Origin: Gemmatimonas sp.
Lineage (GTDB): Bacteria > Gemmatimonadota > Gemmatimonadetes > Gemmatimonadales > Gemmatimonadaceae
Direction: 5' to 3'
Length of the DNA stretch: 64,000 bases
Assembly: GCA_965279375.1 (NCBI GenBank)
Contig: OZ257156.1
Coordinates: 2,464,001 to 2,528,000 of the forward strand
The number at the start of each line of letters is the position of its first letter. The first letter of the stretch is position 1. Made by a program: the position numbers and the translations under genes. Below the pieces are notes generated by a model. That model did no database searches. It was not told where the DNA came from and saw only the letters and a program-made list of their open reading frames with translations. Shown here piece by piece: positions 39,467-49,075 of this stretch.

Positions 39467-41529
39467 GGCTGAACCTGGGCCGGGCGCCCGGCCGGCTTGG
39501 CCGGCGGCGTCGCGATGCGCGCCAGCGCGTCCCGCGTGGTCAGCGGGCCTGCGCGAACCACGTAGGTGGAGCCGCTGATCGTGGGGCCATCGACCAGCCA
39601 GACGGCGCGATCCGGGAACGCCGCGATGGTCGCACTGTCGGTCGAGGGGTTGATCCGGGCCGCATACACTGGCACCGGATCGCTGAGGTCGAGCGGGTTA
39701 AACACGGCCGTGGACGCATAGTCGGGATACTCGCGTCCAGTGACCATGACCAGGCCGGTGCCGAAGCCCTTCGACTCCGCGAGCGCTGCGATGTCCGGTC
39801 GCATGCCGCGATAGTGCCAGTACTTGTCTACCACGCGCCACGGGATGAAGACGAATGTCCCGCCCGCAACCGCCAGCGTCAGCGCAGCAAGCCAGCGGCT
39901 TTGCGACAGTGACGTCGGTGATGCGTCTGCGCCGATGGTGCGGTCGCCCAGCGTCAGCGTGCCGCGCGCCGTGAGCGCCGCGAGCGGTACGATCATCAGG
40001 AACCAGTATCGCGCGCCGAAGTCCGGGCCGCCGGCAAAGTAGTTGAAGAAGTACGCCAGCCAGGTGAACGCCATGACCGCGAGCATCAGCCGGTCGGGAC
40101 GCGTCAGTCGACCGCGGAGCACGAACGCGTACACGATCAACAGCGACCCGATGCACCAACCGAACAGCTCGATCTGGGTCGCCACGGTATTCAGCGACGC
40201 ATTAATCAGCCCGTCGACCGGTCCATGTCCCGGGTTGGGGTCGAGCGGCCACCCCATTCCGCGATTGGCGCCGAAGCCGTAGTCGTTCGCACCCTTCCCG
40301 TACAACGCGTCGTTATACGCCATGATCGGGAAGGTGCCCGCCTTGCCAGTGAAGCGCTGGTTGAAGGCCAACAGTGGTGCGGCGCCCAGCATCGAGCCGA
40401 GCACGAGTCCGGCCGTTCCGGAGAGCTTGAGGCGGCGCCCACCGAGTCCGATGCACCAGAGTCCAAGGGCGCCAGCGGCGACCATGGCGTCGAGCTGTCG
40501 CACCGTGGCCAGCATGCCGAGCGCAAGGCCGCCAAGCCAGGTCCAGCGCGCGAGTCCGGTGCGTCGCGTCGTGACGACGCTCAGCGCGGCCGCCAGGGCG
40601 AGGAACAGCGTGAGCGCATGCGGCATGTACGCCATGCCGAGGAACAGATTCCACGGCGAGCACGCGAAGAGCAGCGTGGAGAGGCGTGCCACGCGTCGGC
40701 CGTACAATGGCTGCAACACGAGGTACATCAGAATCACATTCAGGCCGGTGAGCAGCGGATTCACCAGCCATGTGAGGCCGAGCCATTCAGCCGGTACGAA
40801 AGCAACCGCGAGCCCGGGCGGCACCGGCGAATACCAGCCGGATGCGCCTGCGTCGATCAGGTAGAGTGCGAATGCCGCCGGCACCGGCGGGTTGGGCAGC
40901 GTGACGCGGCCGGATGCGAACGTGCGCGCCTGAAAGAGGTACGCGACTTCGTCCTGCAGGTGTGGATGCCGCTGATAGACGAACAGCGCCAGCAGTGCAC
41001 ACATCGCGGCGGTGGCGATTGCCACGGTAACGACGAAGCGGTCGACGCGCGGCTTGATGTCGTCGCCGAATGGCACGGACTCGCCGAGCAGTCGGTCGAA
41101 GCGGGCGCGGACCCGTTGCAGCGACGCGTCGGGAAGGGCGGTGACGGCGAGCCAGGTGGTCGCCACGCTGAGCAGTTGAATCAGCGTGGAGAGCGCGATC
41201 TCGCCGGCGAGTTTGCCGAGATCACGACCGACGATCGCGCTCGAGCCCACCATCGCTGCGAGCAGGACGGGGAGGCGCCAGGCAGGGAGTGTGGTCGTCG
41301 CGTTCTCCCAGAGCGCGCCCACGCGCTGGCGCAGTGCGAAGAGCACGAGCAGCGCTTGCGCCCCAAGAATGGCAACGCTGAGCGGCTGTGTCGCAAGTTG
41401 CGCGAGGGGCAGGTAATGCTGATAGCCAACGGACTGCCCCGCGACCACCAAAGACAACGCCGCGCCAAACCCCACCAACGAGAGCAGTGCCCAACCGATC
41501 GCAGCGCGGCCGCTCGGCGTCGGGCTCAC
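39463..41529 (-). CDS. GT-C-like multi-pass glycosyltransferase
   Basis: PHLQDEVAYLFQA, PPG, NPLL, MPH, RQLD, GARYW; more than 12 TMs. Confidence 0.78.
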   Translation of the reverse strand: MSPTPSGRAAIGWALLSLVGFGAALSLVVAGQSVGYQHYLPLAQLATQPLSVAILGAQALLVLFALRQRVGALWENATTTLPAWRLPVLLAAMVGSSAIVGRDLGKLAGEIALSTLIQLLSVATTWLAVTALPDASLQRVRARFDRLLGESVPFGDDIKPRVDRFVVTVAIATAAMCALLALFVYQRHPHLQDEVAYLFQARTFASGRVTLPNPPVPAAFALYLIDAGASGWYSPVPPGLAVAFVPAEWLGLTWLVNPLLTGLNVILMYLVLQPLYGRRVARLSTLLFACSPWNLFLGMAYMPHALTLFLALAAALSVVTTRRTGLARWTWLGGLALGMLATVRQLDAMVAAGALGLWCIGLGGRRLKLSGTAGLVLGSMLGAAPLLAFNQRFTGKAGTFPIMAYNDALYGKGANDYGFGANRGMGWPLDPNPGHGPVDGLINASLNTVATQIELFGWCIGSLLIVYAFVLRGRLTRPDRLMLAVMAFTWLAYFFNYFAGGPDFGARYWFLMIVPLAALTARGTLTLGDRTIGADASPTSLSQSRWLAALTLAVAGGTFVFIPWRVVDKYWHYRGMRPDIAALAESKGFGTGLVMVTGREYPDYASTAVFNPLDLSDPVPVYAARINPSTDSATIAAFPDRAVWLVDGPTISGSTYVVRAGPLTTRDALARIATPPAKPAGRPAQVQP

Positions 41530-42827
41530 ACGATCGTCGGGAAGGGGATCGGGATGATGAAGCGGCCGCCGGCATCTCGGTACGCCTGCTGCTGGCGCAT
41601 GATCTCGTCAGCGAAATTCCACGCCAGGATCAGGACGAAATCCGGCTGACGCTCGATCAGGGTTTCGACCGGCAACACCGGGATGTGCGATCCCGGTGTG
41701 AACGTGCCGACTTTTAGCGCGCTCCGGTCGACGGTATACGGCACGAGATCAGTGCCGATCCCGCAAAAATTCAGGAGCGTGTTTCCCTTGGCCGGCGCAC
41801 CGTAGCCAGCCACGGTCTTGCCTTCGTCGCGCAGTTTCTTGAGCATCGCCACCAGCGCCTCGCGCTGCGCAGCGACGTCCCGTGCGAACTGTTGCCAGCG
41901 CGCGAGGCTGTTGAGGCCGATTTCGGTCTCCTCCTCAATCATGCGCAGGACGTCGGCGCCGGGCGTGGGGTAGTGCTCGCGTCGGCCCGCGTACATGCGG
42001 ATCGAGCCGCCGTGCACCGCGACCTCGTCCACGCGCACCAACGTCAGACCAACTGCCTCGCACAGCCGCTTCAGCGACGTGACCGAGAAATAGCAGAGAT
42101 GTTCGTGATAGACCGTGTCGTACTCGAGATGCTCGAGCATCGTGCGCGCGTACGGTACCTCGGTGATGACGAGACCATCGCCGTCGATGAGCGCACGGGC
42201 GCCACGCAGGAAATCCTGTGTGTCGTCGACATGCGCGAGCACGTTGTTGCCGATCACGGCACGCGCCGCACCGCGGGATGCGCGCAGCGCCTCGCCGGTG
42301 GCGCCATTGAAGAAGTCGCCGACCGTCTCGATGCCATGTGAACGCGCGATGGCGGCGATGTTGGTTGCTGGTTCGACGCCGAGCGTTCGCACGCCTTCCG
42401 CCTGGAAGCAGCGCAGCAGACTGCCGTCATTGCTGGCCACCTCCACCACCAGATCGTCGGCGGTGAGGGAGAGCAGCTGCACGACCGTGCGCGCATACGC
42501 GACGTTGTGCTTGGCGATGGTTTCCGACGTACCGGTTACGTAGAGATAGTGCCGAAAGAGCACTTCCGGGTCGATCACATCCGCCAGTTGCACCAGCGCG
42601 CACGACTCGCAGAAGTACACGTCGAGCGGGAAGCGCAACTCCTCCGACGCTTCGTCGGGGTGTCGCAAATTCGCATTCGCGAGCGGCTGCGGTCCGAGCA
42701 CGAGAAAGCGCGAGAGGCGCTCTTCGCCACAGGCGCGGCACTGATACCGAATCCGATGCACCGAGCGTGCGGGACTGCGATCTTGGCTGATACCGCTCAC
42801 GTCACCGTCGTCGGGAGGAAGAGTCAT
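41526..42827 (-). CDS. NDP-hexose C3-methyltransferase (Zn-binding, SAM-dependent)
   Basis: CRACG, CESC, EVASNDG, NVLAH, YHEHLCYFS, HGGS, GYGAPAKGNTLLN, ILAWNF. Confidence 0.92.
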   Translation of the reverse strand: MTLPPDDGDVSGISQDRSPARSVHRIRYQCRACGEERLSRFLVLGPQPLANANLRHPDEASEELRFPLDVYFCESCALVQLADVIDPEVLFRHYLYVTGTSETIAKHNVAYARTVVQLLSLTADDLVVEVASNDGSLLRCFQAEGVRTLGVEPATNIAAIARSHGIETVGDFFNGATGEALRASRGAARAVIGNNVLAHVDDTQDFLRGARALIDGDGLVITEVPYARTMLEHLEYDTVYHEHLCYFSVTSLKRLCEAVGLTLVRVDEVAVHGGSIRMYAGRREHYPTPGADVLRMIEEETEIGLNSLARWQQFARDVAAQREALVAMLKKLRDEGKTVAGYGAPAKGNTLLNFCGIGTDLVPYTVDRSALKVGTFTPGSHIPVLPVETLIERQPDFVLILAWNFADEIMRQQQAYRDAGGRFIIPIPFPTIV

Positions 42828-42874
42828 GATATAAGTGCGCCGGAAATATGCCCAGCACCGTCTGGGCCGCGCAA

Positions 42875-42890
42875 TGCAATCGCTTCTCCA
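42875..42890 (-). promoter_or_regulatory. Putative sigma54 promoter for the C-methyltransferase operon
   Basis: Minus strand TGGAGA-AGCGA-TTGCA (GG-N10-GC), 48 bp before ATG 42827. Confidence 0.45.
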
Positions 42891-43071
42891 TGACGAGCGT
42901 TGCGGTTGAAAGGCACAATCACGTCATGCACAATTCGCGATCGACGTTGCGGCAACCGCCGCGACGCATGCACCTCGGGGGGAGTCCGTTGGAGCTGCAC
43001 AACCAGCACGATTCGCTGTCCGGCGACGATCTGTCGCGCCGCGTTGGCCGGCCGTTCATGCCAGCGGCACG

Positions 43072-44412
43072 GTGAACGTTTCCAACGGGTCCACGGCGCG
43101 AGGCGCAGAGCGACTGCCGTGGTGGCTACCCGCGCTGTTCCTCATCGCGTGGGCTACGCTCGCGCCGCAGCCGGGACTCCGGGCACGGTCGTTCTCGTTC
43201 TGCCTGCTCTGCGACGCCAATTGGCTCGGCGACACCATCAACAACGTTGCGTTGTTCATGCCACTGGGGGCGGCGCTCGCCTTTCGCGGCACCCGGGTCG
43301 GCAAGGTGGTGCTGGCGGGCGCCGCGATCTCCTGCCTTGTCGAGCTGCTGCAGCGCGCCGGGATCGCGCCGGGCCGTATCCCCGCGCTCGATGACGTGCT
43401 CGCCAACAGCGTCGGCACGGCCTTGGGCGCCTGGGGCATGACGCACCGTGACCGTTTGCGACGGACCCTGTGGCAGGTCACCGCCGCCCGTGCGCGTGGA
43501 TTGCTGATGGCCTGGACGCTGGCGGTGGGCGGCATGCTGTGGGGGAGCGCGTGGGGGGTCGTTTCCGTGCTGTCGTCGGATACCGCCTCGCGCCGCGATT
43601 CCGTCGTCGTCGCCGACAGCTGGCAGCGAGCGATTCGCGATCAGGACTTCGTGCAGTCGACGATCCGCGGGTCCGTGAACGACGTGCGATTGCCAGTTAA
43701 ACGCACCGGGCAGATCATGGCCTCGATCTCACCCACGGACACGGTACGCATCGACATCACACGACGCCTAATCGACGAGAGAGATCGACGCGATCGGCCG
43801 ATCGCGCTGGTCTTCGTGCATGGACGTCAGTCCAGCGACGAGTTGGTGTACCTCGGCCAGGAGAGGGAAGACCTGGTCCTGCGGCGAACCGTCCGTGCGA
43901 CTCGGCTGGGCCTTCAGACGCCGACGTTGCGGCTGCGTAACGTCTTCGTGCTCGATTCGGTTTTGCCGGGCACGACCAGCAGCATTCACGCGCTCGTCAC
44001 GCCCTCCGATCTGTCGCTGCGTATCGATGTGCCGGATCCTCGCATCGGCTCGAAGCGCGCCGAGCTGCGGTCGTCGTCCGCGCTTGGCTGGGCACTGATC
44101 CAGCCGTTGATTGGCGCAACGTCGCCCGTCGCGCCGTTGCTGACGTGCCTGTGGCTGCTGTGCTGGTTTCTGCCCGGCGGTGTCTGGGTGGCGCGAGCAG
44201 GCGGCGCCCACGTTGGATGGACCTGGCGCGGGCACCTGCTGGGAGGTGCCGGTGCCGCGATCTGGAGTCTTGCGTTGCTGCTGGGCGGCGCGCTCGCGGC
44301 GACCGCCTTGGGCGTCCACCAGATGGCCTGGTGGCAGAATGCGTCCGCCGTCGCCGGAGCGATCCTGGGTGTCGTCATCGAAGCACGTGGGCGCTCCGGG
44401 AGCGCGCGCTGA
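43072..44412 (+). CDS. VanZ-like membrane protein with CxxC (paralogue of 5049-6407)
   Basis: CLLC..WLGDTINNVALFMPLG, VELLQ, GRIPALDDVLANSVG. Confidence 0.75.
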   Translation: MNVSNGSTARGAERLPWWLPALFLIAWATLAPQPGLRARSFSFCLLCDANWLGDTINNVALFMPLGAALAFRGTRVGKVVLAGAAISCLVELLQRAGIAPGRIPALDDVLANSVGTALGAWGMTHRDRLRRTLWQVTAARARGLLMAWTLAVGGMLWGSAWGVVSVLSSDTASRRDSVVVADSWQRAIRDQDFVQSTIRGSVNDVRLPVKRTGQIMASISPTDTVRIDITRRLIDERDRRDRPIALVFVHGRQSSDELVYLGQEREDLVLRRTVRATRLGLQTPTLRLRNVFVLDSVLPGTTSSIHALVTPSDLSLRIDVPDPRIGSKRAELRSSSALGWALIQPLIGATSPVAPLLTCLWLLCWFLPGGVWVARAGGAHVGWTWRGHLLGGAGAAIWSLALLLGGALAATALGVHQMAWWQNASAVAGAILGVVIEARGRSGSAR

Positions 44413-44638
44413 AGGCACGCTGAACGCACCAGGTCGCGCGCGAGCCAACGAATCCGCGTCGTGACGCGAAGGCGCGCTGCTCGTACTCATCGTGGGTGTC
44501 GACCAGTCCACGTGTGACGGTCGAGCGCTACTGTCCGATCAGTCGGATACCGGTCAATATTCACCGGTCGACGGTCAGGCGATGGCATGCGCCGCGTGCG
44601 CGGCCGTCGCTCCAATACTCTTGGGAGGTTTGGTCCGG

Positions 44639-45583
44639 ATGAACGAAGCCAGCACTGTCGAGACACCGTACTTTCGGACCATCGTGGATATGGTCTGCGA
44701 GCGGTCGCCGCTTCAGGAAAAGAAGCTGCGGAAGTATCTGGCAGGCTGCGACGCGGAGTTCTTCGCGGAGGCCGAGACCTTCGCGGAGGAGTACACGAAG
44801 TATCTGGAGTCTCAGGGCATTCCTCTCGAGTATGCGGTGAACGCGTATCTGAAGATGGGCAATGAGATGCTCAAGCTTCAGATCGCGTTCATGAAGACCA
44901 AGGAGTATCACATCGACTCCGCGGCGAAGGCGAACGAAGAGGTGTACAGCAGCGAGCCGACGATGAAGTCGTACATGATCGGACTCGCGATGTCGCAGTT
45001 TCTCTGGCCGACGCACTACGCCACGCATCGTTTCCTGCGCGAAGCTGTCGCCGCCGGCGTACCGACGATCAAGACGTATCTGGACATCGGGCCAGGCCAC
45101 GGACTGTCGCTGAACAACGCGGTCAAGACCCTGGCGGCCGACACGACATTCACGGCGGTGGACATCAGTCCGGTGTCGATGCGAATCACGCAATCGATCA
45201 TGGGCTACTTTCATCCGGGCAAGGACGTCGTGCGCTACTACACGATGGACATGCTCGATCTCGATCTGAGCGAGACGTTCGACTTCATCACGATGGGTGA
45301 AGTGATCGAGCACGTGGAACACCCGGAGCGGCTGCTCGTCAAGTTGCGAGACCTGTTGAGTCAGAACGGACGCGCGTTCATCTCCACCTGCGTCGATTGT
45401 CCTGCACTCGATCATGTCTATCACTTCCGATCGGTCGATCAAATCCGCGACATGCTGAATGCGTGCGGACTGCACATCGAGGCCGAGCGGGTGTTGCCCG
45501 TCGAGGCTCTCCCGTACGAGGAGATCTGCCGACGGCGGATCACCATCAACTACAGCGCCATCATCACACGGAAGGATTCCTGA
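44639..45583 (+). CDS. Class I SAM-dependent methyltransferase
   Basis: LDIGPGHG, VDIS, FDFITMGEVIEHV, DHVYHF; GGAGG SD before ATG 44639. Confidence 0.88.
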   Translation: MNEASTVETPYFRTIVDMVCERSPLQEKKLRKYLAGCDAEFFAEAETFAEEYTKYLESQGIPLEYAVNAYLKMGNEMLKLQIAFMKTKEYHIDSAAKANEEVYSSEPTMKSYMIGLAMSQFLWPTHYATHRFLREAVAAGVPTIKTYLDIGPGHGLSLNNAVKTLAADTTFTAVDISPVSMRITQSIMGYFHPGKDVVRYYTMDMLDLDLSETFDFITMGEVIEHVEHPERLLVKLRDLLSQNGRAFISTCVDCPALDHVYHFRSVDQIRDMLNACGLHIEAERVLPVEALPYEEICRRRITINYSAIITRKDS

Positions 45584-45882
45584 TGACCATGGACGTCAAG
45601 ATCGAACAGATCGTGCTGGGCGCGATCGATGAAGTGAACGCGCACCAGCCGAAAGACCAGCAGATCAGCCGGTCCATGGATACCGTGCTGTACGGCTCGG
45701 CCGGTGAACTGGACTCGCTCAGCCTCATCAACTTCATCGTCGCCGCAGAGCAGCTCATCGAGAAGGAGTTCGGAGCGACTGTCAATCTGATCGACGAGAA
45801 TACGCTGGTGATGGAAGACAGCCCGTTGCGTACGGCCAGAACGCTTGCCGATCATATCAGAGGCCTCCTGCAGGCAGCATGA
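45583..45882 (+). CDS. Acyl carrier protein
   Basis: 99 aa, acidic, GELDSLSL phosphopantetheine site; TGATG coupling. Confidence 0.85.
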   Translation: MTMDVKIEQIVLGAIDEVNAHQPKDQQISRSMDTVLYGSAGELDSLSLINFIVAAEQLIEKEFGATVNLIDENTLVMEDSPLRTARTLADHIRGLLQAA

Positions 45883-47504
45883 TGAACGCGCTTCTGATCT
45901 CGGACTTCAATCTCGCCATCTTCTCCGGATACCTCGGCAACGACTCGCAATCACCGTCAGTAGTTCCAACCTTGGCGCCGTTCGGCCAGGCGCTGTCGAC
46001 TTTGCTTCAGCCATGGGAAGCGGAGTACGACCTCGCTGTCGTCTGGACTCAACCGGAGAGCGTGATTCCGTCGTTTCGGAAGGCGCTCGCATTCGAGTCG
46101 TACGATAGTGCGGAACTGCTGAAGGAAGTCGACGAGTTCTCGCAGGCGATTTTGAATGTGCGAGATCGCGCGCGGTTTCTGTTCGTGCCAACGTGGGTGG
46201 TGGCGCCGTATCGGCGCGGTCTGGGTTTGCTGGGCTTTTCAGGCATTCTCGCAACGATGAACCAGCGGCTCGTCGAGAATCTGAACGCGGCCGAAAACAT
46301 CTTCCCACTCAACGCGCAGCGTTGGACCGGACTCGCAGGAAAGCGCGGGTTCAGCGCGAAGTCGTGGTACATGGGGAAGATCCCCTTTTCCAACGAAGTC
46401 TTTGCTGAAGCGGTCAAGGACATCAAGGCGACGCTACGCGCGCAGTTGGGTGACGCGCGCAAGCTGATCGTCGTGGACCTCGATGACACGCTGTGGGGTG
46501 GCGTTGTCGGAGACGTCGGTACCGATGGTCTTCGGCTTGGTGGTCACGACTTCATCGGCGAAGCCTTCGTCGATTTTCAGCGCACACTCAAGTCATTCAC
46601 GAACCGGGGCATTCTGCTCGGCATCGTGAGCAAGAACAACGAGGCGACGGCACTCGAGGCATTCAACCACCCGGAGATGGTGTTGAAGGTCTCGGATTTC
46701 GCGGGCTGGCGCATCAATTGGTCGGACAAGGCAAAGAATATCTCCGAGCTGGCGGCGGAGCTGAATCTCGGGCTGCAGTCCATCGTGTTCATCGACGACA
46801 ACCCGGCGGAGCGCGCGTGGGTTCGCGAAGCGCTGCCGGAGGTGCTCGTGCCGGACTGGCCCACCGACTTCACGCTGTACAAGGAGTCGTTGCTCGAACT
46901 GCACTGCTTCGACGCAGTGGCGGCCACGGACGAAGATCGCAATCGAGCAGCGTTCTACGTGAAGGACCGCGAACGCAAGGCGGCTGCCGTGGAGGCGCCG
47001 TCGCACGAGGCGTGGCTGCAGTCGCTTGGCATGACGGCCAAGGTCGCGCGCTTGAACAAGACGAATCTGCAACGCGCGTCGCAGCTGTTGAACAAGACCA
47101 ACCAGATGAACTTGCGCACCCGTCGGATGACGGAGTCGGAGCTGTGGGAGTGGGCCTCCGCGCCTGGCCATGATCTCTGGACCTTCAGCATCTCGGACAA
47201 GTTCGGCGACTTGGGGTTGGTCGGCATCGCCAGCATGGCGGCGGGACTCGTGGAAGACTTCGTGTTGAGCTGCCGTGCGATGGGGCGCACCGTCGAAGAG
47301 TCGATGCTCGCGTTCCTGATCGAGAAGGCCAAGCGCTCAGGCGAGGAGACGCTCACGGCGACGTACCAGCCGACCGAAAAGAATGGCCCCTGTCTGGATT
47401 TCTTCCGACGCTCCGGGCTGGGCGAAGCCGACCACGTGTTTGTCGCGCACACGCATCAGAAGTACGCCGAAGCGCCTGCGGTCGCGCTGGAGGAGCTCTC
47501 GTGA
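45879..47504 (+). CDS. fkbH: FkbH-family glyceryl-ACP transferase/phosphatase (HAD-IIIC)
   Basis: DLDDTLWGG, SKNN, FIDDNPAER, KTNQMN, DKFGDLG, LSCRAMGR. Confidence 0.93.
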   Translation: MMNALLISDFNLAIFSGYLGNDSQSPSVVPTLAPFGQALSTLLQPWEAEYDLAVVWTQPESVIPSFRKALAFESYDSAELLKEVDEFSQAILNVRDRARFLFVPTWVVAPYRRGLGLLGFSGILATMNQRLVENLNAAENIFPLNAQRWTGLAGKRGFSAKSWYMGKIPFSNEVFAEAVKDIKATLRAQLGDARKLIVVDLDDTLWGGVVGDVGTDGLRLGGHDFIGEAFVDFQRTLKSFTNRGILLGIVSKNNEATALEAFNHPEMVLKVSDFAGWRINWSDKAKNISELAAELNLGLQSIVFIDDNPAERAWVREALPEVLVPDWPTDFTLYKESLLELHCFDAVAATDEDRNRAAFYVKDRERKAAAVEAPSHEAWLQSLGMTAKVARLNKTNLQRASQLLNKTNQMNLRTRRMTESELWEWASAPGHDLWTFSISDKFGDLGLVGIASMAAGLVEDFVLSCRAMGRTVEESMLAFLIEKAKRSGEETLTATYQPTEKNGPCLDFFRRSGLGEADHVFVAHTHQKYAEAPAVALEELS

Positions 47505-49075
47505 AGCTCCGATTCCATGTCTCGCGCGAGATGGTCGATGCGTTCGCGCGCTGGACCGGCGATCACAGCTCGCTGCACGTGAACGAGGTGTTCGCGCGTC
47601 GGTCGCCGTATCGAATGAACGTGGTGCACGGCATGCTTCCGGTGGCCTTCATCGCGCGACTTCCGTTTCTTGCGAACGGGATGTGGCTCAAGAAGCTCTC
47701 GGGACAGTTTCTGCACCCGGTGTTCGTCAACGACGAACTGGAACTGGAGGTGAAGTCGGCCGATGCTGAGCAGACGGACTTCGAGTATCTGATCCGAAAG
47801 GTCGCCTCCAACGCCACTGTCACCTCCGGCGCGTTCACGCTGGCGCGCGAGGGCGCGCCATCAGCGGCGCATCCCGTTGCCGCGGGAACGAGCGACAGCC
47901 TCGTGGTGACGGCGCTCGTCGAAAACGATCAGCTGTTCGAGCAAATCAACAAGAACGACGAGGCGCAGTTCGAGTTCGTCGTTGGTGAAGGCTGGCCCGA
48001 CGCGGCGTCGCCGATCGTCGAGAACTGCTCCGCAGCGTGCCTATTCTCCACCTTCGCGGGGATGTGCATTCCGGGAAGGTTCGCGACGCTGGTCGACTTT
48101 CGCGTCGAGTTCGCGGCGCGGCTCGAGATGCACCGCCGCTATCGCTTGAAGGGGATCGTCGAGTTCAAGTCGCAGTCCACCGTTTCGCTGGTGGAGGCGA
48201 TCACGATCAGCGACGTCGAGCATCCCGACGTCGTCGTGGCCACGGGCAAGATCAACGTCAAGGTCAGCTCGCCCGCGCTGCAGATGCCGTCGATGGACGC
48301 GCTCAAGGCATCCAGTCTCGATCTCCATCTGCGCGACAAGGTCGTGCTCATCACCGGCGCCAGTCGCGGCATCGGTGAGGTTGCCGCCAAACTCTTTGCG
48401 CTCCACGGCGCGAAGGTGGCGGTCAACTACTTTCGCGGGCAGCAGGATGCCGAACGAATGGTTGGTGAGATCGAGGCCTTTGGCGGACAGGCCATGCTCG
48501 CGCAGGCCGATGTCTCCGACCGGGAGCAGGTGAAGCGGATCTTCGCTGACATCGTCGGGCGCTTCGGCACGGTGGATGTTCTCGTGAACAGCGCCGTGCG
48601 AGACTACTTCGCCAGCCCGTTTCTGGAGCTCACGTGGGAGGACATGGCGCGCGATCTCGACGTAATTGTGCAGGGGGCCTTCAACTGCTGTCAGGAAGCG
48701 CTTCCGCTCATGATCAAGCAGCGCCGCGGAAAGATCATCAACATCGCATCGATCGCCGTCGAAAACCCGCCGGTAGGTCAGGCGAAGTACGTCACCGCGA
48801 AGAGCGCACTCGTTGGGTTGACGCGAAGCCTCGCCGTCGAGTTCGCGCCGCACAACGTGCAGGTAAATCTCGTCGTCCCGAGCATCGTCGAGACGGATCT
48901 CAGTCGCCTCGTGCCCAAGATGTTCCTCGACAAGCTCAAGAACGAAACGCCGATGAAGCGAGGAGCACTTCCGGAAGACGTGGCTCGGGCGATTGTGTTC
49001 CTCGCGTCGTCGCTGTCTGACTTCACCACCGGTCAGAAGATCATGGTTACCGGCGGAAACGCGCCGTTTCTATGA
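47501..49075 (+). CDS. Fusion of MaoC-like hot-dog dehydratase and FabG-like SDR ketoreductase
   Basis: N-terminal FARWTGDHSSLH..VVHGML..FLHPVF; C-terminal TGASRGIG, YVTAK, TGQKIMVTGG. Confidence 0.88.
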   Translation: MKLRFHVSREMVDAFARWTGDHSSLHVNEVFARRSPYRMNVVHGMLPVAFIARLPFLANGMWLKKLSGQFLHPVFVNDELELEVKSADAEQTDFEYLIRKVASNATVTSGAFTLAREGAPSAAHPVAAGTSDSLVVTALVENDQLFEQINKNDEAQFEFVVGEGWPDAASPIVENCSAACLFSTFAGMCIPGRFATLVDFRVEFAARLEMHRRYRLKGIVEFKSQSTVSLVEAITISDVEHPDVVVATGKINVKVSSPALQMPSMDALKASSLDLHLRDKVVLITGASRGIGEVAAKLFALHGAKVAVNYFRGQQDAERMVGEIEAFGGQAMLAQADVSDREQVKRIFADIVGRFGTVDVLVNSAVRDYFASPFLELTWEDMARDLDVIVQGAFNCCQEALPLMIKQRRGKIINIASIAVENPPVGQAKYVTAKSALVGLTRSLAVEFAPHNVQVNLVVPSIVETDLSRLVPKMFLDKLKNETPMKRGALPEDVARAIVFLASSLSDFTTGQKIMVTGGNAPFL

